Source: the human T2T-CHM13v2.0 reference genome, Homo sapiens. Taken from it: DNA of 64,000 bases. Position 1 is the first letter of the stretch. Every line of letters starts with the position of its first letter. The notes below the pieces were generated by a model, which was not told the DNA's origin, did no database searches, and saw only the letters and a program-made list of their open reading frames with translations. The position numbers were made by a program, and so were the translations under genes. The DNA is taken from assembly GCF_009914755.1 (NCBI RefSeq), contig NC_060934.1; one strand, written 5' to 3'. Below, in pieces: positions 50,039-64,000 of this stretch.

Positions 50039-52334
50039 GAAGAAAGTCATTCTTTCATATTCTTTAACATCCTAACCTTTCTCATCTTTGCCTCTTGATA
50101 TTGGGTATATCTTGCTTTTGTGGTCTGTAGCCCACACTATTCACTGCTTTCAAAGAAGAGGAAAAGAGGTAGGTTAGTCACTTAAAGTTTAGCCACTCTA
50201 GAAGAAACAATCACAGAAACTTATACTTTGTTTTTTCCAATGCTAGATTTGCTCTAGAGATAAAATACTTGTTAACATGGTGTAGGTATATGGAAAGATG
50301 AGTGATAAGAAGACTGACCTGTTCTATTGTCCTTTCCTGAATGTGAATATAATGATTAAATGATTACCTCTGTCCAAAAAGATAAGGTTACAAAGCAGAA
50401 ATGGCTAGAATATTGGAGAAACATGTCTACCATGAAAATATTTTGAGGGGGAAGAGGCTCAATATACAACACAGAATAGTTTTGAGCAGAATACTGTACA
50501 TTGGATATCTTAAGAGAGATGATTCTAGTACAAGAAAAACTATCAGTAGTTGTAAAATGAATTAGAGAAACAGCAAAATAAATCTTCAAACAATAAAATG
50601 TATTCTTTAGACTCTAAAATGTAGCTTTAATAAATGATTATTTATCATTAATAATCATTTATTATTTATTAATCATTTATTATGGTTACAGAAAAAATAG
50701 AAAGGCACTTTAAGGGGAAAACACTAAATCTAGATTTTCTGACGAGATTCATAATGACCTATAGAAATACACATTATTGGCTATTTTTCACTTTATTGAG
50801 TTTTTTTTGTTCTTTTCCTATCTATATTCCTATTTTCTTATCAATGACAGTGCCCTTTCTCCTCTTTATAAATAATTCTTTGTTGTTGTTAACCCCTGAG
50901 GAGGCACTTTAAAAGACAATGATGGGAACCAAATGATGTGTGGTTCAGGTGTCTAAATAACATTTTTTTAAGTGTAATTAGCTCCCTTTCTGAACTATGT
51001 AGCACAGTCTGAAGGAAGGAGGTTGATGGGGAGGGGCAAGTTCTTACTTGTCTGGAACAGATATATACAGAAAGATGTATATATTCTCTTCTCCAACCCA
51101 CCCCCGCCACAAAATCACTCCAATTATGCCAGTTGTAGATTTATTTAATTTAACAAGCTCCCACACTCAGAGATGCCAAAAACCCTAGAATAATTATTCC
51201 CATCAATCACTTGTAGGTAAGTTTTAATTGCTTTGGGCGTATCTATTATTAGTTGAGATGTTTTACAAACCAGTTTTATGTAGGCAGCACAATATTTTTA
51301 CAAGAAAACCAAACAAAGCCTTTGGGCATGTATTCTCCAGTTCAACAAAAGCCCCACCATTCTTTAGTGTCTGATACTCACCTCTTTTAACCATTATGCC
51401 TAATTGGTCTCTCATGGCAGGTGTCATGCCCTGTTTGAAGAATATTTTGCCCTGTTTGGAGAATAAAGCTAAGTTGGGCAGAGCCTAATATTTGAGGAGG
51501 GTAAGGTTAGGTGAGTGGTCATGAGTATACAACATAAAATACCAAAAAATGTCAAAAAATATAAATAGAAGATGGGATGGAAAGGGATCAGTAAAAGACT
51601 TTACTGACAATGTAATACTTTTGCCTACTTCAAAGCTGATCATATCATTCCTGCTTTTGTTGTCAAATGTATGATACTCAGGCAAGTCTGGAATACGAAA
51701 AACTTCAGGCTACCCTAGTTGAGACTCCTACAGTCATGGTATCCTGAGTTTAACTCAACAGGTCTCCATTTGGTCAACTAACTATCCCCAAATTTCCACA
51801 GGTAAAGAAGAGAGAAAAGCAGAGAAAGAGGAAAGAAACTGAGGGCTACGTTCCAGTTAGTGGCTACTGGTAGGAAAGTTGGACATTTATTCTTTTCTTC
51901 CCTTGCCATCTTATTTTGAGAAATCCAAATTCCAAGATGCAATAAATACACATGGGCACACACACACACTCACACATATAGTGCTCCAAACAAATATGGG
52001 TTAGCTAGAGACATATAAGACTGTTAATGAAAATGTTGGAATCAATTTGCATCAGTAATTTTAAGAGAATTCTTGGTTTGTTCGATTCAATTGTTTTGTT
52101 CTAAAGTATACCAAAAGGTCTTTTAATTTGAGAATCACATATTTTCATATCTATACTATCAATAATTTTAACTATAATCCATATTGACTCAATATTACAG
52201 ATTCATGAAATCTACAGAATAACATATGTCACAAATAAATATATATCATTGAGAAAATAGCACGATTTAGGAAATATTTCTCCAAATTGTGTTCCATGGA
52301 GTATTGTTCCATGGAATGAATGATAACTTATGTT

Positions 52335-52350
52335 ACACATACACACACAC

Positions 52351-52388
<38 letters not shown>
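52335..52388. repeat. (CA)n microsatellite
   Basis: acacatacacacacac... run. Confidence 0.9.
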
Positions 52389-52390
<2 letters not shown>

Positions 52391-52401
52391 TAATGATTAA
52401 A

Positions 52402-52909
<508 letters not shown>

Positions 52910-53450
52910 GTTAAATTGTTTAAGAAATGCTGGGTTAAAAAATGTCTAACAGATTTCTTTGCAACAAGACTTCTTATAGCCTTTTATATACTAATGTGCA
53001 CTGTGAACCTTCAGGAGGTTCACATACTGTATAAAGGTCCTCAAATATATTTGACCAAAGCTCTTTTCAATTATTATTTTAGAAGGATCATCTTGTAGGA
53101 CCAATGTTCCACAGAACACACATTGTAAAAGGCAGCTCAGGCTGTGCAAACAGGTTATAAAATCAATTTGTTAGTCATAAATCACTATATATTTCCCATT
53201 TTGTGGCATTTTCCCCATATTTGGAATGAGGTAACTAGAGATAACTATAGATGCAAATGGTGGTATTCACTAAATATACTGTCCTTCACTATTTGGTCTT
53301 CTACCATTTGGATAGTCAACTCAGTGGCCAAACATCACAAACGTTTTCTGGGCCAGGGTACTAGAGATGGTCTGATTGAGACTGTATCACAAGCCAACTT
53401 ATTTTTCCCCTTTATTTTGTCAATTCAGAGGAAGTAACATCCTTACTTAC

Positions 53451-53624
53451 CATTACCCAGTTCCCAAGAAATGTTGTACTTTTTGCTGGCGCTGTACTTC
53501 AACAGACTCAGGGCACTAGAACTGTTCCAGGAGTTATTGGGATTACGACGCAGTGCATTTAGAGCAAATATCAGGTGGAGTCCAGAGCAATCAGCAAAGT
53601 TATAAAGTTTGTCTAGAGACCTGG
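53451..53624 (-). CDS. HPSE2: HPSE2 (inactive heparanase-2) coding exon, probably exon 4 (174 nt, phase 1-1, cassette exon)
   Basis: Minus strand reads ttcttcccag|CCAGGTCTCTAGAC...GAACTGGGTAATG|gtaagtaag. It translates to (A)[57 protein letters not shown](E), the GH79 WELGNE motif recognised as HPSE2. Not in the supplied ORF track. Confidence 0.96.
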
Positions 53625-53813
53625 CTGGGAAGAAGCAGAGAAAGGCTTGTAACTTTCAAATCAACATTCCAACAAAAGGAAAATAGTAGCTAATATAAAA
53701 AGCCTTTCTATGAGCTTCCCACTAATAAGGAATAACACAGACAGGCTTCTAAAAGGGACTATTACCTTTTGGTCTGGGTACATTTCAAGTTGACTTTAGA
53801 AAGCAGCAGACAG

Positions 53814-54138
<325 letters not shown>

Positions 54139-54489
54139 AAGCAGCAGAGAGAATTCCAGACAGAGGTTGCAAATTGGCAACCAAATCTAGTCCATCATAT
54201 GTTTTATTTAACAAAGTTAAATTGCTGATGTTTGAAAATGGGAAGATTTCACAAAGTAGCTGAATTTCTTAATTTTCCTTGAAAAGTCAGACAATATGGC
54301 ACTGCTAGGTCCATATTCCTACAGGACATAAGATGAATAATAGGGTACAAGGCCAGGAAGGATAACTGGCTGGTGAGTCTTGGAAAATAGCTCAGCCTAG
54401 TATGATTTCCAAACATTTTCACTGAAGTCCAGATTTCTAATATTTCTGACAATGGAAATACTATGACCACTACTACAAATACGTTCATT

Positions 54490-54794
54490 GCCGGGCGTGG
54501 TGGCTCACGCCTGTAATTCCAGCACTTTGGGAGGCCGAGGCGGGTGGATCTCGAGGTCAGGAGATGGAGACCATCCTGGCTAACACGGTGAAACCCCGTC
54601 TCTGTTAAAAATACAAAAAATTAGCCAGGCGCGGTGGCGGCTGCCTGTAGTCCCAGCTACTCAGGAGGCTGAGGCAGGAGAATGGCGTGAACCTGGGAGA
54701 CAGAGCTTGCGGTAAGCCGCGATTGCGCCACTGTACTCCAGCCTGGGTGACAGAGTGAGGCTCCGTCTCAAATAAATAAATAAAATAAAAAAAA
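54490..54794 (+). mobile_element. AluY
   Basis: atcctggctaacacggtgaaacc and gaatggcgtgaacc, with TSD aaata(c/t)gttcatt. Confidence 0.92.
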
Positions 54795-55251
54795 GAAATA
54801 TGTTCATTATCAGGTTGATACCAGATACCATCAACTCTATCACCATGTGTCTCCTATTTATCCCATTCCTTCATTTCTATTGCCACCATTCTTTTTCTGG
54901 CTGTCATTTACACTTGGATAACTTACTATAATCTCTGTACTTGCCTGTCTACTTCTAGATTCTTCCCATCCGGCCAATTCATCTTCCCCCAGTCACTCTC
55001 AGCCAGTTTTACTCAATCCTCAAAACCAGTGGATTTTCAAGACCATTTTCTTCCTTAATTCAAGGCTTCTACAACTCACCCATAATTTTCCCCTCAACTT
55101 TAGGCCTCCCTATTTCTCTTAATGAGTTCTTTGTTGATGTCAGCCAGTTTATTTGTTAGAGAACTCCTTGCCCCATTGACCTTTGCTCTCCTTATTTGTC
55201 ATGCCCTTACTGCTTTTTAAAACATATCCATATTTTACTTGTCCTTTTACA

Positions 55252-57210
55252 CAGTGTATCCCAAGGTATGGATAATATGACTTCAGGTAGTACACAGTTT
55301 TAAAAAGCTTCTTAGATTAATAATTATGTAGAAGAGTTTACGTTATCCTAGTAGCCGTTAAAGCTAATGCAGAGTTTCTCAAATGGGGTTCTGTGAAACA
55401 CTAGGGTTCCACAAGAGGTCACCAGAGGTTCTGCAAGAGATGATGCAGAGTGTCCAAGTTACCCCATTAGCAATTTTGTTATAGATCTTTTAGTCCTTTA
55501 AAAAAGAACCATTATCATTGGGTTGAGTATTTTATCAGTTTTTGAAGCAGGATATAGGAAGACTGCCATTTTCATCTTCTTACATATATAAGAAAGTATT
55601 TCTTAAGAAGCACCAAGAACAAGGACAGAAATTGTCTCATTTCTGTCAACTTATATCATACTCTACCCAGAAATAAAATCGATGTCAACTTACATCATAC
55701 TCTACCCAGAATTGAGTAATTGGGCAACAACAACAACAACAAAAGGAATAAATTTCACATTCAGGAAATACATTTAATTATTATTTTTAGTTCCAAATAC
55801 ATTTAATTATTATTTTTAGTTCCAAAATAACAATTAAAATTAAAATGCATTTATAGCTTAGTAAAGTGATCATGAAACCAGTATATAATAATTTTATAAT
55901 TATCTACATGCCATTAGGTAAAAAAATAATTTTTGTCAAAGTATCATATAAAATTGTATCATAGGCTATAATTTTATTCATATTGCTTTGATGTATAGTT
56001 TTACATGCTTTACTATTCAACATCATTAATACATTTTATATTCAAAATAATATTAAAGTAAATTCATAACCTTTATTTAAATTAAACCTAACAAACCTAC
56101 CCTTAGAAAAATTTTATCCCATTGTGGCTTAAACTAGTTACTTAACAAAAACAAATTATGTTTGCCTTATAAGATTTTCAAATTTATGAAAAGGAAATGA
56201 TGAAATTAATTTCAAGAAAGACAGATAACTACTCTTTTTTTTCTTTTCAATCATAGTTGTCTAAAATAGTTGTCCTATTTAGTTTTAAATAGGACTTGCA
56301 TTTACCATACCTCAGTAGTATTGATACAACAGAAATTTGTGTTAAGACTTTGAGGCCCACTTGTATAAGATACAAAAAAAATCTAGTAGGATTTTTTTTT
56401 AAAAAGAAAAACTGAAGTTTCTTTTATCTATACCATTAGAATTGGTATCCTTTGTGGGGATAGGGAAACAATGCAAAAAATAAATAGGTTAAGAAACTGC
56501 CCAAACTAAACAGATTCTAAGGAAAATATAACTCTCTATTTAACAGAACACTGGCAATATTGGATAATTATATATCTACAACTCAATAGTCATTCTAATA
56601 TACTATGAGCTTTAGATATAATAACTTTTATCCAGAAGTTTCCTTGAGATTTGAGAATTATTATTCTAGGTTACTCAAAAAATAATTTGAGTATTATAAG
56701 ATCAACAGAGGTCCATTTTTAAGTCCTCTATTATTCATGTCATGAAAGTTATATTATCATAAAAAATACTCAATATTCAATTAAATAACATTTTATTCAT
56801 CCATAGTTTCAATGACATCTATTAAGCATGCAATAAAATTACTTATTTTCATAATTTTTGGTTTCATTTATATACTAAAATCCATATCAAATGTTTGCAT
56901 CAAAATTTAATATGAATGACTGATATTCCTTTTGGATAGATTGATTCCATTTAAGTCATCTTTTTCTAAAACTATTTCCATATAATGAGTATTTTACTGT
57001 GTATGTTTCACATGTATTAGAAACACAAACACACATCAAACACAAAAGCATATCAAACCTTTGATTTCATGGATTTGATGGTTTAAGGCAAGGCAAAATG
57101 TATTTACAAAAAATGTGTCAACATAAAGAGCAGTATGGGAGAAACAGTATGGATAGTTTGTTCACATAGCAAAAATTGGGAACTAGAATGCTAAAAGTTT
57201 GGGAAATACT
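55252..57210. mobile_element. Probable degenerate hAT-Charlie DNA transposon remnant(s), very AT-rich
   Basis: Charlie-like termini cagtgtatcccaagg (55252), cagagtttctcaaatggggttc (~55370) and aagtttgggaaatact (~57210). No ORF support. Confidence 0.4.
55644..55826 (+). repeat. Two short local duplications (29-bp unit, period 39, 55644-55711; 29-bp tandem, 55766-55826)
   Basis: tgtcaactta(t/c)atcatactctacccagaa twice, and aaatacatttaattattatttttagttcc twice. Confidence 0.85.
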
Positions 57211-57613
57211 TCTTTAAGAATAAGTTTAAGTCCTGCCTCTTCCATGACGCCATTCCTGAACACACCAACCTCCCGAAAGTGATTTCGACTTTCTCTAAAC
57301 TCAAGAGCTATACCATTTGTTGGCATCTCACTGCTCTGTGACATATTATCTGTGACATAATATTATCTTGGGATTTACTTCTTGATTTATTCACTTCTCC
57401 AGAGTGAACAACTTGTTTTCCCAGTTAAACTGTGAAGTTTCTTAAGTTTGGTACCGTATCTTATATCCTTCATAGCATCTAACACACAGCAATTTTCTGC
57501 CTTAATATCATGCCGAAGAGTTCTCAAGGCCCAAATCCTTTGTGTTGCATAAAAGTGGCCTATAAGAAGTAGAAAGAGGCAAAAGAGAGATCTGTCTAAA
57601 ATAATTATTGCTA

Positions 57614-57907
<294 letters not shown>

Positions 57908-58924
57908 ATAATAATTATTGCTAATCTAAGACATATGTTCTACAGTTTATTAGAAAAGTACATATATTTGAATATAGAGAATTTAGTAGATATTCAACAC
58001 ATGTAATCTCCCTTAGAAAATTTGCTCAGGTTCCATCAAAACAAATAGATACTTAAAGATTACTTTCTACTCCCTCCACCAGAGGGGGCCAATGCCTCTA
58101 TGTCTTATAGTCAGGGTGCATTGACATTTCACAGGCATATAATTCTAAGAAGCACTGGATAGTGGGCAGTTGAAGATGAGGAGCTGGGACTTGAGAAAGA
58201 TGTAAAAGTATACAGGCTTGGGTGTCACTCAGTGCTGACACTTGATGCTGTGAAAGTTCTTGAGATTTCTGAAGGGCAAAATGTAGAAAGATGGCTGAAG
58301 AGAAAACCTTAAGAAATGTCCACATATAAGGGTCATGGAGAACAACAACAACAACAAAAAGAGAAGAAGAAGAACCCAGATATGCAGTCTTAAGGAACCC
58401 AAAATAAGAGACTTGCAAGGAGGTGCTGTTCCATAACAGTAGGTGTTCATGACAAACTGAGGAGGAAAAGGACTGAGAAAAAAAAAACCATTAGATTAAT
58501 CAAACAGTGAGGTTAGAAATTAGATTTAGGTTGTGATGAGAACTTAAAGAATGAGTAGATGAACAAGGAATAGATTCTGATACATTCAGCTTACTTATTG
58601 AAGTTCTGTGGCAATAAAAAGAAGAAAAGAAACAAAATAGTAATGAGAGAAGAACCAGATTGTTTTTTTTAAATGCAAGATCCAAGGTAAGCTACTTCTT
58701 TAATAAAGTTAATCTCAGTTTTCTATTAGGAAAATGTAGATAAGGGTCAATGAATTCACACTAAGATATGAATGACAGATTATTTCTCTTAGTTTCCCTA
58801 GTACTTGACACTTTAAAAACCAAACAGACAAGCAATCCAACAAACAAAAAATTGGACATTCATTAACTTATTAAATTACTCAACAAATATTTATTAAGCA
58901 GTTACTACGTGACAGGCACTATTA

Positions 58925-59140
58925 TACACCATATATATCTGTAAATATACATATATGCATGCATATATATCTATATATACAGATATACATGCGTGTATAT
59001 CTGTACATATACATGCATATATATATCTGTTCTGTATATATACATATATGCATGCATATATACATATATACATGCATGTATATATACAGATATATATATG
59101 CATATATACATACATACAAGAAGATAGATATACATATATA
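58925..59140. repeat. Degenerate (TA)/(TATG/CATA) simple repeat
   Basis: atatatgcatgcatatatatctatatatacagatatac... It is the source of the spurious Y/I/C-rich ORFs. Confidence 0.9.
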
Positions 59141-59169
59141 AAAGAAGATTATATAGTATATAATAGTGC

Positions 59170-59487
59170 CAGCTTTATGATGGTGCAAAAGCAATACACA
59201 CTCAGTAGAAATCGTACTTCAAATACACAACCATTTTGTTTTTCACTTTCAGTATAGTATTCAATAAATTACTTGAAATATTCAATACTTTATTATAAGA
59301 TAGGCTTTCAGTTAGATGATTTTGCCCAACAGTAGGCTGATGTAAGTGTTCTGAGTGCATTTAAGGTAGGCCCGGCTAAGCTATGATGTTCAGTAGGTTA
59401 GGTGTATTAAATGCATTTTTGACTTACCATAGTTTCAACTTATGATGAGTTTATTGGGACATAACCTCATAAGTTGAGGAGCATCTG
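59170..59487. mobile_element. Tigger3/MER7-type DNA transposon fragment
   Basis: atgatggtgcaaaagcaatacac...ggctaagctatgatgttcagtaggttaggtgtattaaatgc...gttgaggagcatctg. Confidence 0.75.
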
Positions 59488-59507
59488 CATGTGTAATTTA
59501 TATATTT

Positions 59508-59524
59508 TATATATATATATTAAA

Positions 59525-59571
<47 letters not shown>

Positions 59572-59581
59572 TACACACACA
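59508..59581. repeat. (TA)n(CA)n microsatellite
   Basis: Direct reading of the sequence. Confidence 0.9.
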
Positions 59582-62334
59582 TTTATATTGCAATGAGCAA
59601 AACAGAAAACAGGCCCTACCCTCATGGAGGTTACATTTAATGTGGCTGGCAGGAGAAGTAAAGCAGGGTAGGAGATAGTATAGAACCAATAGTAGCTAGT
59701 ATGCTATTTTAAATAAGCATCACAATTAAGGTGTCATTTGATCAGAGACCCAATGGAAAGAAGGGAGCAAGTCAAGTAGATAACTATGGAAAGAATTCCA
59801 GGCAGAGGGTCCTACAGTAAGGGCAAAGGCCCAAGACTCATGTGAGACTGATGAATGTGAAGAACACTGAGAGGCTGGTGTAGCTGCCCCAGAATGAATG
59901 AGAGGGAGAGCAGTAGGAGATGAGATCACAGTGGTAGCAAGGACATGTCACGAAGGGCCTTACTGGTCATTATAAGAACTTTGGCTTTTGCCCTCATTGA
60001 CATAGAAGCCATTAGATGGTTTTGAATATGACCCAACTCACACTGTGAAATCATCACTCTGGCTGCTGAGCTGAAGAGACTGAAGGGGATGGGAAGAGCA
60101 AGGGTGAAAGCAAGGAAATTAGGAGTCTATAGCAATAATTGAAGCAAGGGATCATTGTGGCTTGGACCAGGGTGGTAGCAGCAGAGCGGTAGAAGTGGTT
60201 GGTTTCTGGGGATGTTTTAAAGGTTGAGCCAGTAAGATTTGCTGAAGGATTGGAATGTGGTGTGTGAGAAAAAAAGAGTCAAGAAACTCTGAAGTTTTTG
60301 GCTTAAGCAACAGAAAGATAAACTTGATATTTATGAAGGAAGTGTGAAAGATTGGGAGAAGAGAGAAGAAGGCCAAGATGAGAATTTGGGCTTGGGGCAT
60401 GTTAAGTTTGTAATGTCCTTAGATGTATAGGTAAATAATTTGAGTGGGCAGAATATGCAAATCCAGAGTTAAGCAGTGGGATGTGGATGGGAAGTATAAA
60501 GCTGATTAAGCAAAACATTTTCAAAGGTTGGGAGAGATAGAGAACCTTTTACTGGAAAGAAGAGAGACAGGAGCTGTCATAGGGATCTTCCAGTTTACAG
60601 ATGCCAATGTCATTAAAGTAGCTTAGTTTCCAACCCAGCTCTTCCCCCTCCTCCCCTTAATGCTGAGCATCTACTTGAGTCTCACCTTCCTTGATTCCGT
60701 ATTCAGAATTAACTTCCCACCTTTTTATCCTGTTTTTGTTACGTATTTCCCTCAAAGTCACAGCTACCTTACTTTCCCTCCATTATTTGACAGAGACGAT
60801 TAACATTTTCTTCATGTTTTGTAAGCTACTATGCAAACAAAGCTTATAGACATGGCTCCAGCCCTCACTTTTCAAATTGATGGCCCCCTCTAAGCTCCTC
60901 TTCCATAGAAATGATGGAGCAACAACTGTTACCTGGGAATTAAATTGGCACAAATTTTATTAGACTAGTGTTTGAGACCAAGTGTATGCAAGTTTCACAT
61001 AGAAAACATAGTTAATTTGTTTTAAGGACTCAGTTCAATACTGTTCTTTTCTTAATTGGCAAAAATAACTCTAATACCCCTTTGTGACTATTTTATTCTT
61101 TTGCAACCTTCACATGAAGAAAGAGTGTTTTTTCTGTGTGGTTAAGAACTTGGGCACATGATCCAGACCCTTAGCTCTTGGAAGACAGGGCTGGTGACTC
61201 CAGAAGGAAAAATGGGTGCCTATAGAACAGTATCAACTTATTCTAATTGTGAGCATGTGAGAATATGGACAGATTATCAAGTCACATGAACAACAAAATC
61301 TAGAGACTGGACATACTTGAACAGAACTCAACGCTTTGATGTCAGGCCTCTGAGAACAGCTTCCCCATAGTTCCCCAAGGGGGAAAAACATGCAATGGAA
61401 AGGGGCCTATTTGGGGTTGGGTTAATACTAGGGATGACATCTTAAGTATTGAGCTATGAAGAAGCTTTAATGAGTTGTGATAGAACTCAAGAAGCAAAAT
61501 TGGAAGTCAAAATTACTGAGAAGTTAAAATTTAAGGGTTTACTTTTGTGGAAAGATTTTTTAAAAAGTAAGTCTTTAATGCTATTGCTTAACTCTTCTTC
61601 ATAAACTCTGTTCTTTTTAAACACAATTCTCAATCTTTCTATCAGTCTATTCCATGTATATTTTGGAGAGGACAGGCTCCCTACTCACTGCTCTTAATAT
61701 AACCTTGCATTTGGTTGTAGTGAGACAAAGAACATTTGGATTCTTCTTATCTAGGTTTATGAAAGGAATTTTCAGGCTCTGAAAAATAAACACTATTATG
61801 AAAAGGATAGAAAAATATGTGACTGTGACAAAGACACATTTTATAAGGAAAAAAGTCAGAAAAACTTGGGAACAAAAGAGCTGCATAAGAAAGTCAAGTC
61901 CAATATGAAATAAACTAAAATGTGATATGGTCTTAAGCAGTTAAAAGAGTACAAAGTAAAGACAGACAAATTTGACCTTGAGGATAGGAAGATTCTTTGG
62001 GTAGCCTATGGGTTTTAACATTAGACTATATAGCAGAAAATATTAACCTAACATAGATCTTGTCCCAGCAGTAAATGACATTTATATCATCATAATTATA
62101 TAAATACTCTTCATTGCTTTTCAGTATCTGGATACTTTCTACAGAAAACTGTAAATAATTTGGCTGGGATTGCAGAACAAAATGTAATAACACCAATGAT
62201 AAAGTAAAAATAAACGTGTTAGTGAAAATGGCAAAAGTCTTGAAAGGGTATAGGGGACATAGATAAAAGGACATCAGTATTAATATTCTCATCTTACAGA
62301 GCTGTAAGAGCATCAAGAAATATTGCCAAAAGAC

Positions 62335-63197
62335 CAAAAAGATATCTGCACTCCCATGTTTATCACAGCACTATTTACAGTAGCCATGATATGGAATCAG
62401 CCTAAGTGTCCATCAACAGATGAATGGATAAAGAATATGTAGCACACATACACAATGGAATACTACTCAGCCACAAAAAGAATAAAATCCTGTCATTTGT
62501 GACAATGTGGATGAACATGGAGGACAGTACGTGAAGTGAAATAAGCCAGGCACAGAAAGACAAATACTGCATGATTTTACTTATATGTGGAATCTAAAAT
62601 AAGTTGATCTCAAAGAAGCAGAGGGTAGAATGGTGGATACCAGATGCTGAGGACTTTAGTTGGGAGGTGGGGGTGAGGAGGTGTTGATTAAAGAATACAT
62701 AATTACAGTTACATAGGAGGAATAATTTCCAAGAGATCTATTGTGGAACAAGGCAACTATAGGTAATGATGATACATTGTATTCTGTAAAAATGTAAAGA
62801 GAACAGATGTTATGTATTATCACTAAAAAAATGATAACTATGTAAGAAAAAAAGTCAGGTAATGACAAGTGCTGGCGTGGGTAAGAGAAATTGGAACCCT
62901 TTGCATTGCTGGTGGGAATGTAAAATGCTGCAGCCTCTGTGGAAAACAGTGGTGGTTTCTCAAAAAGCTAGATCTAAAATTACCATATGATTCACAATTT
63001 CACTCCTAGGTATATATCCAGAAGAACTGACAGTGGGGACTCAAAAGGATACTTGTACATCAATGTTAATAGCAGCATTATTCACAATAGCCAAAAAGGT
63101 GGAAAAAACTCAAGTGTCCATTACTAATAAATATATAAACAAAATGTGGTATATCAATACATTGGAATATTATTCACCCATAAAAAGGAATGAAGCA
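62335..63197 (+). mobile_element. Old L1MA/L1MB 3' fragments (two adjacent pieces)
   Basis: gatatctgcactcccatgtttatcacagcac...gataactatgt, then gctggtgggaatgtaaaatg...aaaaggaatgaagcac. Confidence 0.75.
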
Positions 63198-63199
63198 CT

Positions 63200-64000
63200 T
63201 TTGCTGGCACCTTCCATCAGAGTGTTGTGGCCAGCAGACTGGGAACATATTGGCCCCTCCAGCACAGCAGCAAGTGCTTAACCTTGGGGGCCGGAGGACA
63301 AAGCCTTGGGCCTGGTACCAGCCCCCCAGGGTTAGAGCATGCAGCCCAGAAATGCTTAGCTGAGCCTCGGCCCCTGAAATCCAGAAAAGAAACTAGTCAA
63401 CTGAATCCAGCTTATACCACAGTCAAACCTTCAAGGGCATCAAAGAATATAAAAGCAAAAAACCCTATCCAAATGACAGTAACTTCAAAATTAAAGGAAC
63501 ATCAGCACCCACAGATGAGAAAGAACCAGAATAGGAACTCTGGCAACTCAAAAACCCAGAGTGTCTTCTTACCTCCAAATGACCACACTAGCTTCCCAGC
63601 AATGGTTCTTAACCAGGCTGAAATGGCTGAAGTGAGATACAGAATTCAGAATCTGGATTGCAATGGAGATCACTGAGATTCAGGAGAAAGTCAAAACTGA
63701 ATCCAAAAAATCTAAAAAATCCAATAAAATGATACAAGAGCTGAAAGATGAAACAGTCATTTTAAGAAAGAACCAAACTGATCTGATAGAGTTGAAAAAC
63801 TCACTACAAAAATTTCGTGATACAATATGGAAGTATTAACAGCAGAATAGATCAAGCTGAGGAAAGAATCTCAGAGCTCGAAGGCTAGTTCTTTGAATCA
63901 AGTCAATCAGACAAACATAGGGAAAAAAGAATACAATGTAATGAAGAAAACCTCTGAGAAATATGAGATTACGTAAAAAGACCAAATCTATGACTCGCTG
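63200..64000 (+). mobile_element. L1PB/L1M-type 5'UTR-ORF1 remnant, runs off the window end
   Basis: cagatgagaaagaaccag...gactcaaaa-like ORF1 start, then agcagaatagatcaagctgaggaaagaatctcagagctcgaag coiled-coil coding sequence. Confidence 0.75.

Larger units (their letters stand above)
58860..60470 (-). mobile_element. L2 fragment interrupted by simple repeats and Tigger3
   Basis: ctcaacaaatatttattaagcagttactacgtgacaggcact is an antisense tail. It resumes ~59590 (ccctaccctcatggaggttacatt...aattccaggcagaggg). Confidence 0.7.

Noticed and set aside
53621-53626. Second AG 4 nt inside the exon acceptor (cccag CCAG)
   Set aside because: Use would shift the frame, and the upstream AG gives the expected protein and a 174-nt exon.
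58894-59257. Overlapping Y/I/C/M-rich ORFs
   Set aside because: Translation of a TA-rich simple repeat.

Overview
Primate (human-like) genomic DNA, about three-quarters repeats. It lies inside the heparanase-2 gene HPSE2, which is transcribed on the minus strand. Three coding exons are present: 53451-53624 (174 nt), 29694-29865 (172 nt) and 1944-1991 (48 nt). They splice in frame with canonical AG/GT ends to ...[10 protein letters not shown]...SWELGN|EPNNYRT...ALLDG|FMKVAGSTVDAVTWQH, most likely exons 4-6. The introns hold a full-length older L1PA with a younger L1PA nested in it, a twin-primed (5'-inverted) L1PA, a complex rearranged L1PA, old L1M/L2/MIR fragments, 16 Alus, a near full-length Tigger1, and THE1/MLT1 MaLR elements. 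The most unusual structure is a perfect palindrome at 43050-43539 (two 240-bp arms, 10-bp spacer). Its junctions read like a replication template switch, and it would form a perfect 240-bp hairpin in HPSE2 pre-mRNA. Other notable items are a 140-bp young L1 with a ~15-nt micro-inversion, an exact 36-bp direct repeat placed almost symmetrically around the 48-nt exon, inverted Alus bracketing the cassette exon, and 1.9-kb inverted L1 segments bracketing the 172-nt exon. Repeat family and subfamily names come from my recall of consensus sequences, not from an alignment.
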